A stretch of DNA of 64,000 nt from an uncultured Candidatus Rokubacteria bacterium (GTDB lineage Bacteria; Methylomirabilota; Methylomirabilia; Rokubacteriales; CSP1-6): assembly GCA_963758635.1 (NCBI GenBank), contig CAVWWD010000006.1, positions 256,001 through 320,000 on the forward strand, in the 5' to 3' direction. Position numbers and translations under genes: made by a program. This document shows, one piece after another, positions 40,801-51,450 of the stretch (its first letter is position 1; the number at the start of each line of letters is the position of its first letter). Below the pieces are notes generated by a model that was given only the letters and a program-made list of their open reading frames with translations, was not told where the DNA came from and did no database searches.

Positions 40801-41292
40801 CGCGCAGGGCCGATTCGATCGCCTGGAGCTGCTCGGCCGTCTGCCGCGGGATGGACGCGGTGCGCGGCAGGGCCGCCGGGTCGAAGGCGAGCCCCGGCGC
40901 GGGTCTCGCCCCGCGCGCGTGGGTGCGCGCGAGCCAGTAGCCCACGTGGAACAGCTCGCGCACCGCCGCCACCGCGTCCGCGGGCTCGACGGGCCGCTGG
41001 CCGTGAACGGCCCGGTTGCCGAGCTGGTTGATCACGCGCGCCTTGCCGAACACGGCCTCGCCGGCGGCCGCCTTGAAGCTCGGCTCGTGGAGGAGGGCGC
41101 TCAGGCTGTCCTGATACGGAAGGTGGAGGGCGGGATCGGCCTTGTAGGCCCAGGCCACCGCCAGCTCCAGCGCCCGGCGGGCGTAGAAGCAGGCCGTGCG
41201 GGGATCGGGGTGAGCCGCCTCGGCGGCCCGGTCGGCCGCCTCGTGAACGTTGGGCCACTCGGCCTGCGAGGAAGGCTGAACAGGCTCGTCAC
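37870..41292 (-). CDS. hsdR: Type I restriction endonuclease subunit R (EcoEI-like), frameshifts near 40680 and 39680
   Basis: VDYVLW..VVEAKR nuclease motif, MATGAGKT, IDEAH, GLTATP, MLDTGID, QMVGRGTR. Confidence 0.93.
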
Positions 41293-41300
41293 GACGGTCC

Positions 41301-41354
41301 TGTCGCAAGCTGTGTCGCGAGCATGTCGCAAGTTGTGTCGCAAGCCTGTCACAG
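41301..41354. repeat. Five tandem TGTCGCAAG-like units at 11-12 bp spacing between fic and hsdR
   Basis: Units start at 41301, 41313, 41324, 41336 and 41347. Confidence 0.8.
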
Positions 41355-42399
41355 CTTTTCTCGGAGCAGATAGGACGAGGTTGTTGGTCTCGCCTTCGTG
41401 CGCAGGAGCCCCTTTCTCTCGAGTAAGCCGAGGTCTCGCTGCAGGGTGCGGCGGCTCACGTCCGGGCAGAGGTCCTGGAACGTCCGGATGTCGAGGCTCG
41501 GGACTCCTGGAGCTGCTCGATGGCCCTCTCCTGGCGGGGGTTGAGCCGGTGGATCTTGACGACGACATCGCGCTTGATGGCGGCCTCGCCTCGCGCCTTG
41601 ACCTCGGCGAGCTGGGTGGCCAGGCCCGCGACGAAGAACTCGAGCCAGCTCGTCAGGTCCATGTCCTGCTCGCGCACGCTCCGGATCGCCTGGTAGAACG
41701 CGTTCCGGTCCCGGTCGTAGTACTCGCTGCAGCGTGAACAGGCGCTTGAAGTCGTAGCCCGCCCGGTAGAGGCAGAGCGTGGAGAGCAGCGCGCGAGGTC
41801 TCGCCCGATTCCCGTCCAGGAACGGGTGGATGTGGACGAGCTGGTACTGGGCGACGCCCGCGACCAGTACGGGGTGCACGGCCGACTCTTCGCGGAGCCA
41901 CGCCACGAAGTCCCGCATGAGTGGCGGCACGTCCTCTGGCGGCGGCGGCGTGTAGGTCACCTCGCGGGTCCGGCTGTTCACCACGTAGTTCTGTACCGTG
42001 CGGTAGGCTCCGGGGCCGCCCTCGCCCGCCGCGCACCTCCTCCACCAGGCGGCGATGGATCTCGCGGATCAGCCCCTCGGTCGACAGGCTCGCCGGATTC
42101 CAGATACTCGGAGACCAGATCGAACGCCCGCGGTAGTTCAGCAGCTCCCGCACGTCGTCGGGCTTGCGCCCGGGACCTGGTCACCCGCCCAGAGGCGCTC
42201 GGACTCCTCGATGGTGAGCTGAGTGCCCTCGATGTGAGTGGTGTGGTGCGCCTCCAGCAGCAGCGCCCGCTGGCTCATCCGGCGCACCCACTCCGCCGAG
42301 AGCGTCGCCGCCTCCAGGAACCCCCGCGCCCGCTCGATCGCTGTCAGCCCCGCGGTGATGGCGTGGGTGATGGTGAAGCGCGGGCGCGAAGCCGGTCAC
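41349..42399 (-). CDS. Fic-family protein with C-terminal HTH, several frameshifts
   Basis: HIHPFLDGN motif; TTHIEG inhibitory-type motif; C-terminal [10 protein letters not shown]. Confidence 0.88.
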
Positions 42400-42400
42400 G

Positions 42401-43598
42401 TCACAGCTCTCCCCGGAACGCGCGGTGCTGGAGGGAGGCGAAGAGGGCGTCGAGCTGGGCGAGGGACTCCTGGTGGCACTCTTGAGTCGCTCGATCGCTG
42501 CGACACTGCGGGCGAACTCGCGCTGGAGACGAAGTGGATGGCGACAGAAGGGGAGAGCCCCGAAGTTGCTGTCATGTTGATCGAGGCGATCCCGGTAGTC
42601 TGCTTGCGCAGACCGTGAGAAAGTACCGCTTGCCTGCTGGCTGCTTACACAGCCGTTCAGGAATACGGGATCGAGCTGCGTCGGTGGTCAGGCGTACGCG
42701 GCATCACGTGATTGCTGATGGATGCATGCCGCGGAAGTCTCATTCACAAAGCGCCCGCGACCCAGCTTGTCATGATCGCCTCACTGTCAGAGAAAATCGT
42801 CCGCTTCAACGATATGCGTTGGATCTCTCTTCAGTCGCGGCGCGATCTGCTTTCACGATGCGACAAGTTGAGCGTCCGGTCTGCGCTACATTGATACGCG
42901 AGATACGGCACGACAGCGTGGTTGCTCTTGCCATCAACGACTCGTGCCCTTGCGGACGTCAGCACGTTTCGGCCACGCTCCGAGCGCCGTTTCCGACCAC
43001 GCTTCGGTTTCGTCGCGTGGGTCGCCGAAGAGGTCGAGGAAGAGGGCTTGGGTGAGGGTGTCGAGCTGGGCGAGGGCGGCGCGGCGCTTGGCCCGCAGGG
43101 CTTCCGCCCGGTCCAGCACCTCCGCAATCCGCCGCTGCTCGGCAACGGAGGAAGCGGAATTGAAAGGTCGCAAGTTGGCATCGATATGCCGCTCGAGTGA
43201 GGGTCGCTCTACGGCTCGCGACTTCGCGTACGGTCCACCATCTGGTTGATCGAGGAAGATGGAACGAGCTATCGAGCATCGTGCTCGTGTCGATCAGGTC
43301 GGATGCAAGCGATGTCGCTGAAGGTAACGCCCGCTATGGAAGCTCATCCGGCGAAATGCTTGCACGATCCGAGCGCTTCGTCACTGGGCAGTAGCAGAAC
43401 GTAACCGGCTGCAGCTGTCGTTCTGCGCAGCTCGCGAACGCTTTGCGACTCGATGACAACGGCGCGACGTACGAACATGCGTGGTTGATGTGCCAGCTGA
43501 CGAGTAGAGCATACCCGTCGTGCGGCTGGTGAGTAGCTCGGCCAGTCGACATCGATCGGTACATCCGGTAGCTGCCTCCTAGAGGCGTCGTCACTCAT
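42401..43598 (-). CDS. hsdS: Type I R-M specificity subunit S, heavily frame-disrupted
   Basis: Lies between hsdM and fic; conserved spacers [41 protein letters not shown] and [17 protein letters not shown]. Confidence 0.85.
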
Positions 43599-45138
43599 CT
43601 CAGCATCTCCTGGAGCTCTTTGAGCTCCTGCTGGATCTCCCTCGAACTTCGCGAGCTCGGTGAGAATCTCACGCGGGGGGCGGTGCGTCGATCTCGGCGT
43701 GGACCATTCCTTGTACCGGTTCACGCTGAGGTCGTAGCCCCGCGCCAGCGACATCCGCCTTCGGCACGCAGAAGCTCTGGGCGGTCGCGGGCGCGTCCCG
43801 CTCCTCTCCGTCGCGCTCGAGCCCAGCGGGCGAGCACGTCGGGCAGGTTGTTCTTCGCGTGCTCCTCCTCGCTAAGCGGCGTCCTGGGCGCGGGGCCGAG
43901 CTTGTCCTCGGGGAGGAGCGGGGTGCGCTTGTCGTCGAGCGACCAGCCGTCGGCTTCGCAGTCGTAGAACCAGACGTGGTCGGTGCCGCCGGAGTTGGTC
44001 TTGGTGAAGAGCAGGATGGCCGTGGAGACGCCGGCGTAGGGCTTGAACACGCCGCCGGGCAGCGAGATCACGGCGTCGAGCTTCTGGTCCTCGACGAGCA
44101 TCTGGCGCAGCGCCTTGTGGGCCTTGCTGGAGCCGAACAGCACGCCGTCGGGCACGATGACGGCGGCGCGGCCGCCGGGCTTGAGAAGGCGGAGGAAGAG
44201 GGCTAGAAAGAGCAGCTCGGTCTTCTTGGTCTTGACGATCTGGAGGAGGTCCTTGGCGGTGTTCTCGTAGTCGAGCGATCCGGCGAAGGGCGGATTGGCC
44301 AGGACGAGCGTGTAGCGCTCCTCCTCGCCGGCGTGGTCCTGGGCTAGGGAGTCGCGGTAGCGGATGTCGGGGTTCTCCACGCCGTGCAGCAACATGTTCA
44401 TGCTGCCGATGCGGAGCATGGTGTTGTCGAAGTCGAAGCCGTGGAAAGGCGCCTTCGTGAAAGTGCGCGCGGAGCTTGGCGTCGCGGAGCATCTCCGGGT
44501 GGTGGTCGCGGAGGTACTCGCCGGCGGCCACGAGGAAGCCGCCGGTGCCGCAGGCGGGGTCGCAGATGACGTCCTTCGGGCTGGGCGCGGTCATCTCCAC
44601 CATGAGCTGGATGATGTGGCGCGGGGTGCGGAACTGGCCGTTCTGACCGGCGGTGGCGATCTTGCCGAGCATGTACTCGTAGAGGTCGCCCTTGGTGTCG
44701 CGATCGTCCATGGGGACCTTGTCGAGCAGGTCGACCACCTGGGCCAGGAGCGCCGGCGTGGGGATGGTGAAGCGCGCGTCCTTCATGTGGTGCGGCGTAG
44801 GTCGTGCTGTTGCCGCCGAGGGTGCGGAGGAAGGGAAAGACGTGCTCGTCCACCACGGCGAACATCTCGGCCGGCGGGAAGTTGCGGAAGCGCGACCAGC
44901 GCAGGTCGGCGTGGGGGCGGCCTCTTCGAGTCGTCGCCCTCAGGGAAGATGGGGCGTTCGATCGGCTGCTTGAGACGGGCTGCCTTGTTCTCCTCCAGCG
45001 TGTGGAGGTCGTCGAGGCGCCGGATGAAGAGCAGGTAGGTGATCTGCTCGATGACCTCGAGGACGGGTTCGAGATGCCGCCGGACCAGAAGGTGTCCCAG
45101 ATGCGGTCGATCTGGCTCTTCAGCTCGCCGGTGATCAT
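43595..45138 (-). CDS. hsdM: Type I R-M methyltransferase subunit M (m6A), frameshifted
   Basis: [48 protein letters not shown]. Confidence 0.95.
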
Positions 45139-45221
45139 GTCGGGGGCGATGGTGGTCGGGGGCGGCGGGGTTGTCAAGACTCGGAGCGCTCTCTTCCTGG
45201 AAACTCGGCGGTCGTGTCACC

Positions 45222-45260
45222 GCCCCTCACCCTGGCCCTCTCCCCCATCGGGGGAGAGGG
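45222..45260 (+). repeat. BoxC-like REP element, copy 4
   Basis: GCCCCTCACCCTGGCCCTCTCCCCCATCGGGGGAGAGGG. Confidence 0.85.
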
Positions 45261-45354
45261 GATAGGTCACTACCGATCGACCCCGCTGAAGTACCCTCGT
45301 GGAGGGGCGACCCGTCCTCACCCCGAGGGCGCGCGCCGCGACGGGCATGCCCGT

Positions 45355-46794
45355 ATGGACTCGGCAGCGACCACGAACGCGCGTCAGATGCTTCTTCCCG
45401 AGCGCGAGGCCCGGACGCTGCTGCTCGTCCGGGCCGTCGAGGAGACCGACGGGGAGGGCGTTCTGCTGTCCCCGCAGGTCCGGGAGGCCGCCACGCGCCG
45501 CGTGTTCGACGACGCGGCGGTGGCCCCCGACGACGGCGCCCGGCTGCGCGCCCGCGCGGCGCTCCTGCGCGACACCCTCCAGCGTGACGCGCCCCGGCTC
45601 GCCGCGGTGCTCGACCCGCCGCGTTCGCGCGGCGTGGTGGTGGTCGGGACGCTCCTTGTCGCGGCCGCCCTCGGCGCGGCGAGCAACCTCCTGGGACCCC
45701 ACCGGCACGTGAGCGTGCTCGCCTTCCCCCTGGCGGGGATCCTCGGCTGGAACCTCGCGGTCTACGCGGCGCTCCTCGCGCGGTCGGTGGCGCGCGTGGT
45801 CGCCCGGGCCCGGGGCCGGCGCCCACGCCTGGCGTGGATGGCCCGGTGCCTCGAGAGCGCCCGCGTGTCGGAGATGGCGCGGCGTCTCCGCGGCGGCGCG
45901 CCCTCGCCCGCCGTCGCCGACGCCGTCGGCCGGTTCCACCGGCTCTGGCTCGCCGCGGCCGCGCCTCTCGCCACCGCCCGCGTGCGGTCGGCGCTGCACC
46001 TGGCGGCGGCTGCGATGGCGGCGGGGGCCATCGGTGGGTTGTACGCCTCCGGCATCGCGTTCGAGTACCGCGCCACGTGGGAGAGCACGTGGCTCGACGC
46101 GTCGTCGGTGCGGCAGTATCTCGGGTCCGTGCTGGGGCCGGCGTCGCGTGTGCTCGGGGTGCCGATCCCGGACGTGGCGCCGCTGCGCGGGCCGGCGGGT
46201 GACGGTCCGGCGGCGCCGTGGATCCACCTGTGGGCGGTGACGCTGGGGCTCTTCGTCGTCGCGCCGCGCGCGGCGCTGGCGCTCGTCGCCGCGATCGCCG
46301 CCGCGCGGGTGGCGCGCCGGCTTCCCGTGGAGATCGACGCGGCGTACGCGCGCCGGGCGCTGCATGCCGGGCGCGGGGCCGCCTCCCTCGTGGAGATCGT
46401 CTACTACGGCGGGATGCCGGACCTCCGCCTCCGCGAGCGGCTGCACGCGACCCTGCAGGAGGAGGCGGGAGCCCGTGCCGTGATCCGCGACGGCGCGCGC
46501 CTGGCGTACGGCGACGGGCCGGAGGCCGTCGATCTGGGCGGCGCGCCGGCCGGGGGCCGGGTCGCGGTGGTGTTCGCCCTGGCGCAGACGCCGGAGGCGG
46601 AGGTGCACGGCGAGTTCCTCCGGGAGCTCCGGGAGCGCGTCGAGCGCGCGGGCTGGCAGCTCACGGTCGTGCTGGAGACGGCGACGTACGGGGCGCGCGT
46701 CGGGTCCGCCACGCGCGTGCGCGAGCGGCGCGCCGCGTGGGAGCGGCTGCTGCGCGACCTCGACGTGGAGCCGATGGAGCTGGCGGCGGCATGA
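45355..46794 (+). CDS. Membrane protein, DUF2868-like
   Basis: TM segments, Y...WESTWL motif; ATGA-coupled to a GTPase gene. Confidence 0.7.
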   Translation: MDSAATTNARQMLLPEREARTLLLVRAVEETDGEGVLLSPQVREAATRRVFDDAAVAPDDGARLRARAALLRDTLQRDAPRLAAVLDPPRSRGVVVVGTLLVAAALGAASNLLGPHRHVSVLAFPLAGILGWNLAVYAALLARSVARVVARARGRRPRLAWMARCLESARVSEMARRLRGGAPSPAVADAVGRFHRLWLAAAAPLATARVRSALHLAAAAMAAGAIGGLYASGIAFEYRATWESTWLDASSVRQYLGSVLGPASRVLGVPIPDVAPLRGPAGDGPAAPWIHLWAVTLGLFVVAPRAALALVAAIAAARVARRLPVEIDAAYARRALHAGRGAASLVEIVYYGGMPDLRLRERLHATLQEEAGARAVIRDGARLAYGDGPEAVDLGGAPAGGRVAVVFALAQTPEAEVHGEFLRELRERVERAGWQLTVVLETATYGARVGSATRVRERRAAWERLLRDLDVEPMELAAA

Positions 46795-48209
46795 CGACCG
46801 TGACGCTGAGCCTCATCTCGCACACCAACGTCGGCAAGACCTCGCTGGCGCGCACGCTGCTGCGCCGGGAGATCGGCGAGGTCCGGGACCAGCCGCACGT
46901 GACCACGATCGCCGAGGCGCACCCGCTCATCGAGACGCCGGACGCGCGGCTGCTCCTCTGGGACACGCCGGGCTTCGGCGACTCGGTGCGGCTGATGGCG
47001 CGGCTGCGCCGCGAGCGCGACCCGATCGGCTGGTTCCTGCACCAGGTGTGGGACCGCGTGGTCAACCGGCCGCTGTGGTGCAGCCAGGAGGCGGTCCGGA
47101 ACGTCCGGGACGAGGCGGATGTCGTGCTCTACCTGGTGAACGCGGCGGAGGACCCGGAGGGCGCTGGCTATCTCCGGCCCGAGCTGGAGCTCCTCGCGTG
47201 GATGGCCCGCCCGCTCCTCGTCCTGCTGAACCAGCTCGGTCCCGAGGGCAGCGACGCCGTCGCGCGCTGGCGGGGCCATCTCGCCGGGTTCCCGGTGGTG
47301 CGCGACGTGCTGTCGCTCGACGCGTTCAGCCGGAGCTGGGTCGAGGAGAGCGTCGTGCTGGAGCGCGTGATCGACCTGCTCGCGGGCGACAAGCGCGCGG
47401 CGATGGCGCGGCTGTGCGCGGCCTGGAATGCCCGCAACCTGGACGTCCTCGCCCGGTCGATCGACGCCATCGCCGAGTACCTGGCCGAGACCGCCACCGA
47501 CCGCGAGCCGCTCGGCGAGGAGGCCGGGACGTCGTGGATCCGCGAGCGGCTCGACGACCTGCGCGCCCTGTCGCGCGGCGACCGCGAGCGCGCGATGGGT
47601 GCGCTGTTCGATCGCGTGCAGGGGCGCACGCGACGGCTCATGGACCGGCTCATCGCGCTGCACCAGCTCTCGGGCGCGAGCCAGGCGCGAGTGGAGCGAC
47701 GGCTGGAGGACGCCGCGCTCGAGGGCCTCGAGGGGATCAACCCCACGACGGGCGCCGTCGCCGGCGGCGTCCTGACCGGGCTCCTGTCGGGGCTCGGCGC
47801 CGACGTGCTGACCGGCGGGCTGTCGCTCGGCGGCGGGGCCATCGTGGGCGCCATCGCCGGCGCGCTCGGAGGGTACGCGCTCGGCGGCGCGTTCAAGCTG
47901 GCGACCGGAGGCCGGGCGGCGATCCAGTTCCAGCCCGCCGCGCTCGAGCGGCTCGCGCGCGACGCGGTGCTGCGCTACCTGCTGGTGGCGCACCACGGCC
48001 GCGGCCGTGGCGACTATGCGGACGTGGAGTCCCCCGCCGAGTGGGCGGTGGACGTGGACGCGGAGCTGGCGCGCCGCCGAAACGAGCTGCACGCGGCCTG
48101 GCGCGAGGCGGCGCGGCAGGATGGAACGCCGGCGCTCGCCCGAGTGCTCCACGAGATCGTTCGCGACCTGCTGCGGCGGCGATTCCCCGACGCCGCCGTG
48201 CTGCGTTGA
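46791..48209 (+). CDS. P-loop GTPase with Gly-rich membrane segment, DUF3482-like
   Basis: SHTNVGKT (G1), DTPGF (G3), GADVLTGGLSLGGG, AHHGRGRG. Confidence 0.8.
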   Translation: MTTVTLSLISHTNVGKTSLARTLLRREIGEVRDQPHVTTIAEAHPLIETPDARLLLWDTPGFGDSVRLMARLRRERDPIGWFLHQVWDRVVNRPLWCSQEAVRNVRDEADVVLYLVNAAEDPEGAGYLRPELELLAWMARPLLVLLNQLGPEGSDAVARWRGHLAGFPVVRDVLSLDAFSRSWVEESVVLERVIDLLAGDKRAAMARLCAAWNARNLDVLARSIDAIAEYLAETATDREPLGEEAGTSWIRERLDDLRALSRGDRERAMGALFDRVQGRTRRLMDRLIALHQLSGASQARVERRLEDAALEGLEGINPTTGAVAGGVLTGLLSGLGADVLTGGLSLGGGAIVGAIAGALGGYALGGAFKLATGGRAAIQFQPAALERLARDAVLRYLLVAHHGRGRGDYADVESPAEWAVDVDAELARRRNELHAAWREAARQDGTPALARVLHEIVRDLLRRRFPDAAVLR

Positions 48210-48352
48210 CGCGCCCGGGCCAGCCAGGGGCCGGCCCTGACCAGGGCCTGCCTGGCCTGCTCGCGTGGGGCCACGACGCCGACGCCGTGCGGTGTAAGTA
48301 CTGTGGCGTCCGGCTCGAGTACCAGTCGGCCCCGCGCGGGGACATGGCGACC

Positions 48353-48390
48353 GCCCCTCACCCTGGCCCTCTCCCCAGAGGGGAGAGGGG
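48353..48390 (+). repeat. BoxC-like REP element, copy 5
   Basis: GCCCCTCACCCTGGCCCTCTCCCCAGAGGGGAGAGGGG. Confidence 0.85.
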
Positions 48391-48397
48391 ATTGGAG

Positions 48398-49366
48398 TCA
48401 GTACAGGTGGCAGGCGACCAGATGGTCGGGCGCGATGGGCTTGAGCACGGGCGCGACGCGCGAGCACGCCTCCATCACGAACGGACAGCGCGGGTGGAAC
48501 CGGCATCCGGCGGGCGGATCGATGGGCGAGGGCACCTCGCCGCTCAGCACGTTGTCCTCCTCGGGCGCGTCGGGATCGGCGGGGAGCGCGGCGGCGAACA
48601 GCGCCTTGGTGTACGGGTGACGCGGCTCCCGGTAGAGCGCCTCGGTGGAGCCGTGCTCGACGATCTCCCCGAGGTACATGACGGCGGTGCGGTGCGCGAC
48701 GTAGCGCACGGTGGCCAGGTGGTGGGCGATCAGGAGGTAGCTCAGCCGGTGCCGCGCCTGGAGGTCCTTCAAGAGGTTCATGATCTGCGCGCGGATCGAC
48801 ACGTCCAGGGCCGACACCGGCTCGTCGAGCACGATCAGCTCCGGGTAGGACGCGAGCGCGGCGGCCAGCGCGATGCGCTGGCGCTGGCCGCCGGAGAACT
48901 CGTGCGGGTAGCGCGTGGCCGCCTCGGGGGCGAGGCCGACCTGGCCCAGCACCTCGATCACGCGCTCCTGCCGCGCCCGGCCCTGGAGGCGCTGCGTGAC
49001 GGTGAGGCCTTCCGCGATGGTCGCGCCCACGCGGATGCGCGGGTTCAGCGACGACCACGGGTCCTGGAACACCGCCTGCACGCGCGCCCGGTACTCGCGG
49101 AGCTCCGGCCCGCGCATCGTCTGGATGTCGCGCCCATCCAGGAGGATGCGGCCGCTCGTCGGCTCCTCGAGGCGCAGGACGAGGCGCGCGGTGGTCGTCT
49201 TGCCGCAGCCCGACTCCCCGACGAGGCCGAGCGTCTCCTCCTTGCCGATGGTGAAGCCGACGCCGTCCACGGCGCGCACCTGGCCGGTGGTGCGCGACAT
49301 CAGCAGCCCACGCGTGACCGGAAAATGCTTGCGGAGATCCTCGACGCGCAGCAGGGGCTCGCTCAC
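48398..49366 (-). CDS. Oligopeptide/dipeptide ABC ATPase (OppF/DppF-like)
   Basis: GESGCGKT, FSGGQRQR, DEPVSALD, GCRFHPRC. Confidence 0.93.
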   Translation of the reverse strand: MSEPLLRVEDLRKHFPVTRGLLMSRTTGQVRAVDGVGFTIGKEETLGLVGESGCGKTTTARLVLRLEEPTSGRILLDGRDIQTMRGPELREYRARVQAVFQDPWSSLNPRIRVGATIAEGLTVTQRLQGRARQERVIEVLGQVGLAPEAATRYPHEFSGGQRQRIALAAALASYPELIVLDEPVSALDVSIRAQIMNLLKDLQARHRLSYLLIAHHLATVRYVAHRTAVMYLGEIVEHGSTEALYREPRHPYTKALFAAALPADPDAPEEDNVLSGEVPSPIDPPAGCRFHPRCPFVMEACSRVAPVLKPIAPDHLVACHLY

Positions 49367-50401
49367 GACGACGGCTGCGCCCTCCAGCACGAGGCCTCGT
49401 GGTCGGGGCCCACGGGAAAGGCGGGCGGGTACTCCTCGCAGCGCCCCTCGGCGTACCGGCACCGCGGCGCGAAGCGGCAGCCCGCGGGCAGCGCGTGGAG
49501 CAAGGGCGGCTGGCCGTCGATCGATGGCAGCCGCTCGGTGCGCGCCTCCATCCGCGGCACCGAGCCCAGCAGCGCGGCGGTGTAGGGATGGCTCGGGCTC
49601 CGGAAGATGGCGCGGATCGGCCCGGTCTCCACGATGCGCCCCGCGTACATCACGGCCACGCGGTCGCACATGCGCGCCACGATGCCGAAGTCGTGGGTGA
49701 TGAAGAGCATGGCGAGCCCGGTGCGCGTCTGGATCTCCTTGAGCAGCCGAAGGTACTGGAGCTGGATGGTCGCGTCGAGCGCGGTGGTGGGCTCGTCCGC
49801 GATGAGCAGCCGCGGCTCGCACGAGATGGCGATGGCCCCGACCACGCGCTGCTTGGTGCCCGCCGCTGATCTGATGCGGGAACGCGCGCAGGCGGGCCGC
49901 CGCGGCGGCGACACGCACACGCTCCAGCAGCTCCTCGGCGCGCCGCCAGAGGCCCGCGCGGCCCTCCGAACGCCAAGACTCGACCGCTCGGTCGGGCCCA
50001 GGCCCGACCGCTCGGTCCCGCCGGTGCACGCGGAGCGCCTCGACGATCTGGTTCCCCACGTTGAAGACGGGGTTCAGCGAGGTCTGCGGGTCCTGCAGGA
50101 TCATGGAGACGCGGCGGCCCCGCACCTGCTCCATCTCCCGCTCGGTCTTCACCACGAGGTCCTCGCCCTCGAGGAGGATCTGTCCGCTCACGATGCGCCC
50201 GGCCGGCTCGGGCAGCAGCCGGAGCACGGCGAGCGCGGTCATGGTCTTCCCGGAGCCCGACTCGCCCACGAGCCCGAGCGTCTCCCCCTCGCGCACCGTG
50301 AGGCTCACGCCGTCCACCGCGCGCACCACGCCCCAGCGCGTGCTGAGCTGGGCGTGCAGGTCGCGAAGCTCGAGGACGACGCCGCCCGCCGGGCGGCTCA
50401 T
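49363..50401 (-). CDS. Oligopeptide/dipeptide ABC ATPase (OppD/DppD-like), frameshift near 49860
   Basis: GESGSGKT, DEPTTALD, HPYT, GCRFAPRC. Confidence 0.9.
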
Positions 50402-50492
50402 CGGCGAGGCCGGGCCACGCTTTGCGAGCTGAGCCGCAGGCGAGGCGAGCGCATATGGAACTGCAGTGGACGCAGGAGCTGACGCGGCCCCG

Positions 50493-51380
50493 TCAGACCT
50501 GCTGTCTCAGGCGCGGGTCCAGCCAGTCGCGGAGCCAGTCGCCGAACAGGTTGCACGCGAGCACCACGAGCAGGATGGCCGTGCCGGGCAGGAACGACAG
50601 CCACCACGCGCCGGCGATGTGGCTCCGGCCGTCGGCGACCATCTGTCCCCACGACGGGGTGGGCGGCGGGATGCCGGCGCCGAGGAAGGACAGCGAGGCC
50701 TCCAGGAGGATCACGAAGCCGATGTGCAGGCTGAGCAGCACCATGAACGTGTTCATCACGTTCGGCAGGATGTGCACGGCCATGATCCGCAGGCTGGAGC
50801 AGCCCCGCACGCGCGCCAGGGCCACGAAGTCGCGCGACTTCACGGTGAGCACCTCGCCCCGCACGACGCGAGCGAAGCGCGCCCACAGGATCACCGTGAT
50901 GGCGATGACCATGGTGCGCAGGCCCTGCCCGAAGCTCACGGCGAGGAGGAGGGCGATGAGGATCGTCGGGAACGTGAGGGTGGCGTCCACCACGCGCATG
51001 AGGAAGCCGTCGAGCCGGCCCCCGGCATAGCCCGAGGCGATCCCGACGGCGAGCCCAATGCCGCCGCCCACGAGCAGCGCCGCCGCCGCCACCGTCAAGC
51101 TCACCCGCGCCCCGTGGAACAGGCGGCTCAGCACGTCGCGACCGAGGAGATCGGTGCCCAGCGGGTGCTTGGCGCTGCCCCCTTCCTGCCACGCGGGCGG
51201 CTTCAGCTTGTCGGGCAGCGACTGCTCCGTGGGCGAGTGGGGCGAGATGAACGGCGCGAGGAGCGCCACGAGCACGAGCACGGCGAGGATGATCGCGGGG
51301 ACCCACGGGAGCCGCCGCAGATCGATCCGGGACGCCGGGGTGGCGACGGCGTCGGACGCCGCCTCGAGGCCCATCGTCAT
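50493..51380 (-). CDS. Peptide ABC permease (OppC/DppC-like)
   Basis: HPLGTDLLGRD, HILPNV, EASLSFLG. Confidence 0.92.
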   Translation of the reverse strand: MTMGLEAASDAVATPASRIDLRRLPWVPAIILAVLVLVALLAPFISPHSPTEQSLPDKLKPPAWQEGGSAKHPLGTDLLGRDVLSRLFHGARVSLTVAAAALLVGGGIGLAVGIASGYAGGRLDGFLMRVVDATLTFPTILIALLLAVSFGQGLRTMVIAITVILWARFARVVRGEVLTVKSRDFVALARVRGCSSLRIMAVHILPNVMNTFMVLLSLHIGFVILLEASLSFLGAGIPPPTPSWGQMVADGRSHIAGAWWLSFLPGTAILLVVLACNLFGDWLRDWLDPRLRQQV

Positions 51381-51450
51381 GCGCGCGCCGCCCGTCGCCA
51401 TCATCGGTGGGGGGGAGCGGCGCCGCTCCACCCCCACACCCCCCACCGCA

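Noticed and set aside
48398..50401. Single 667-aa double-ATPase ORF
   Set aside because: A frameshift artefact joins oppD and oppF; each has its own C-terminal Cys motif and the usual overlap at 49363-49366.
51400..51450. G/C-run hairpin between oppB and oppC as a terminator or ncRNA
   Set aside because: It is single-copy in the window, has no U-tract and lies inside an operon. It may be a REP-like insert but cannot be supported further.
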